Source: Rhizodiscina lignyota (lineage: Eukaryota). From it: a stretch of 64,000 bases of DNA. The stretch lies in the NCBI GenBank assembly GCA_010015805.1, contig ML978132.1, positions 310,001 to 374,000 on the forward strand, given 5' to 3'. The notes under the pieces were generated by a model, which saw only the letters and a program-made list of their open reading frames with translations, was not told the DNA's origin and made no database searches. Every line of letters starts with the position of its first letter. Within the stretch, counting starts at the first letter, position 1. Below are positions 63,137 through 64,000 of this stretch, piece by piece. The position numbers and the translations under genes are program-made.

Positions 63137-64000
63137 TCATTCAACTACAATCTCGACCCCAGAGACACCTGAGTGACTGGAGGCGTCGTCACTTCCTCGG
63201 CCGTGATGTCCGTTGGTGCGTCTCGAGTTGGACGGATAGCCACCGCGTTCTCCCATGGGGCCACGAGGCTGTCGGGACGGCATGGCACCGGCACGGTCTC
63301 GGCCAGCATCATCAAAATTGCTGAACGAACGATGGCCGCCAATCGGACCCGGCGTGTCGCGCTCCCATGCCTGACGCATGCCTCGAGGACTGCCACCCGT
63401 GCCAAATCCGCCGCCCAGTGTCATACCACCGAGTCCATTGACAAGCAAGCTCTCATCGCGGTTTTGCATGCTCGCAGTGGTGGGTGTCAAGCTCGGGTTG
63501 GTCGAAGGGCCGCTTTGGAAGCCCATATCGAATCGAGAGAGGTTCGTGTTCAGATTGGCAGGGAAGCTTGCAGTTGACTGAGCCGGCGAAGGCGTGTACG
63601 AGCGAAGATCAGCGTAAGACTTTGCAGCACGAAGGTTAGGATGGGTATTGAGTCCACCAGGTTCAGAGAACCCAAGGAATCCAGAACCCTGTCGGCCGAG
63701 TGTGCCTGAAAAGTCCTGACCGCGCACATCGCTGAAGTCTGTAGTCGCAGCGCGGTTGAGCGCACGCCGATGCGGATCGTGAGGCATCTGAGGAATGGGA
63801 GGACTCATGTTCTGTGGCATGTCGCGGACACGGAAGACGTGAACTTGACGCTGGTCTCCAAGACCTTTAGCAACATGTGCAAGGTTCATGTGATGCGCAA
63901 GCGTATGTACTGTTCGCCGTTCGTGCGGAGTAAGTGTAGGCGGGAAGGTCATCGTGTCTCTGGCCTGATCTTCTTTAAACAGCAAGAGCTGCGAGTAGTA
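63137..64000 (-). CDS. R3H-domain RNA-binding protein (Pin4/Cip2-like), 3' part only
   Basis: YSQLLLFK..FPPTLTPHERRTVHTLAHHMNLAH (RxxxH) followed by a low-complexity tail. The frame runs off the window end. Confidence 0.8.
   Translation of the reverse strand, partial: YYSQLLLFKEDQARDTMTFPPTLTPHERRTVHTLAHHMNLAHVAKGLGDQRQVHVFRVRDMPQNMSPPIPQMPHDPHRRALNRAATTDFSDVRGQDFSGTLGRQGSGFLGFSEPGGLNTHPNLRAAKSYADLRSYTPSPAQSTASFPANLNTNLSRFDMGFQSGPSTNPSLTPTTASMQNRDESLLVNGLGGMTLGGGFGTGGSPRGMRQAWERDTPGPIGGHRSFSNFDDAGRDRAGAMPSRQPRGPMGERGGYPSNSRRTNGHHGRGSDDASSHSGVSGVEIVVE

Overview
Intron-rich, gene-dense genomic DNA of a filamentous ascomycete (Pezizomycotina; short GT-AG introns with CTRAC branch sites, Zn2Cys6 regulators). 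From left to right: (1) the end of a small FAD-monooxygenase / Zn2Cys6 TF / cytochrome P450 cluster; (2) two minus-strand pseudogenes whose stops look RIP-derived, one ending in a two-fold amyloid-like pseudo-repeat; (3) a flavin reductase-like gene and a caspase-like gene; (4) a compact cluster of three divergent gene pairs: C45 acyltransferase (penicillin IAT-like) with a CE4/PgdA-type hydrolase, a 2OG-Fe(II) dioxygenase with an UNC-93-like MFS transporter, and two UaY/Ppr1-like Zn2Cys6 TFs. All three shared promoters carry an ACGG-N5-CCGA site; (5) INO80 and BRX1, with a Mutator-like non-autonomous element between them; (6) an accessory stretch with two F-box-like genes, membrane proteins, a PsiK/MTR-kinase-like gene, a frameshifted hydrolase-ankyrin-CorA gene, a Pth11-like receptor, a HET-like remnant, an MBOAT acyltransferase and a divergent catalase / Moco-oxidase pair; (7) histone H2A.Z and the 3' end of an R3H-domain RNA-binding gene. 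Exon boundaries were read by eye. Family calls come from recognised motifs, not database searches.
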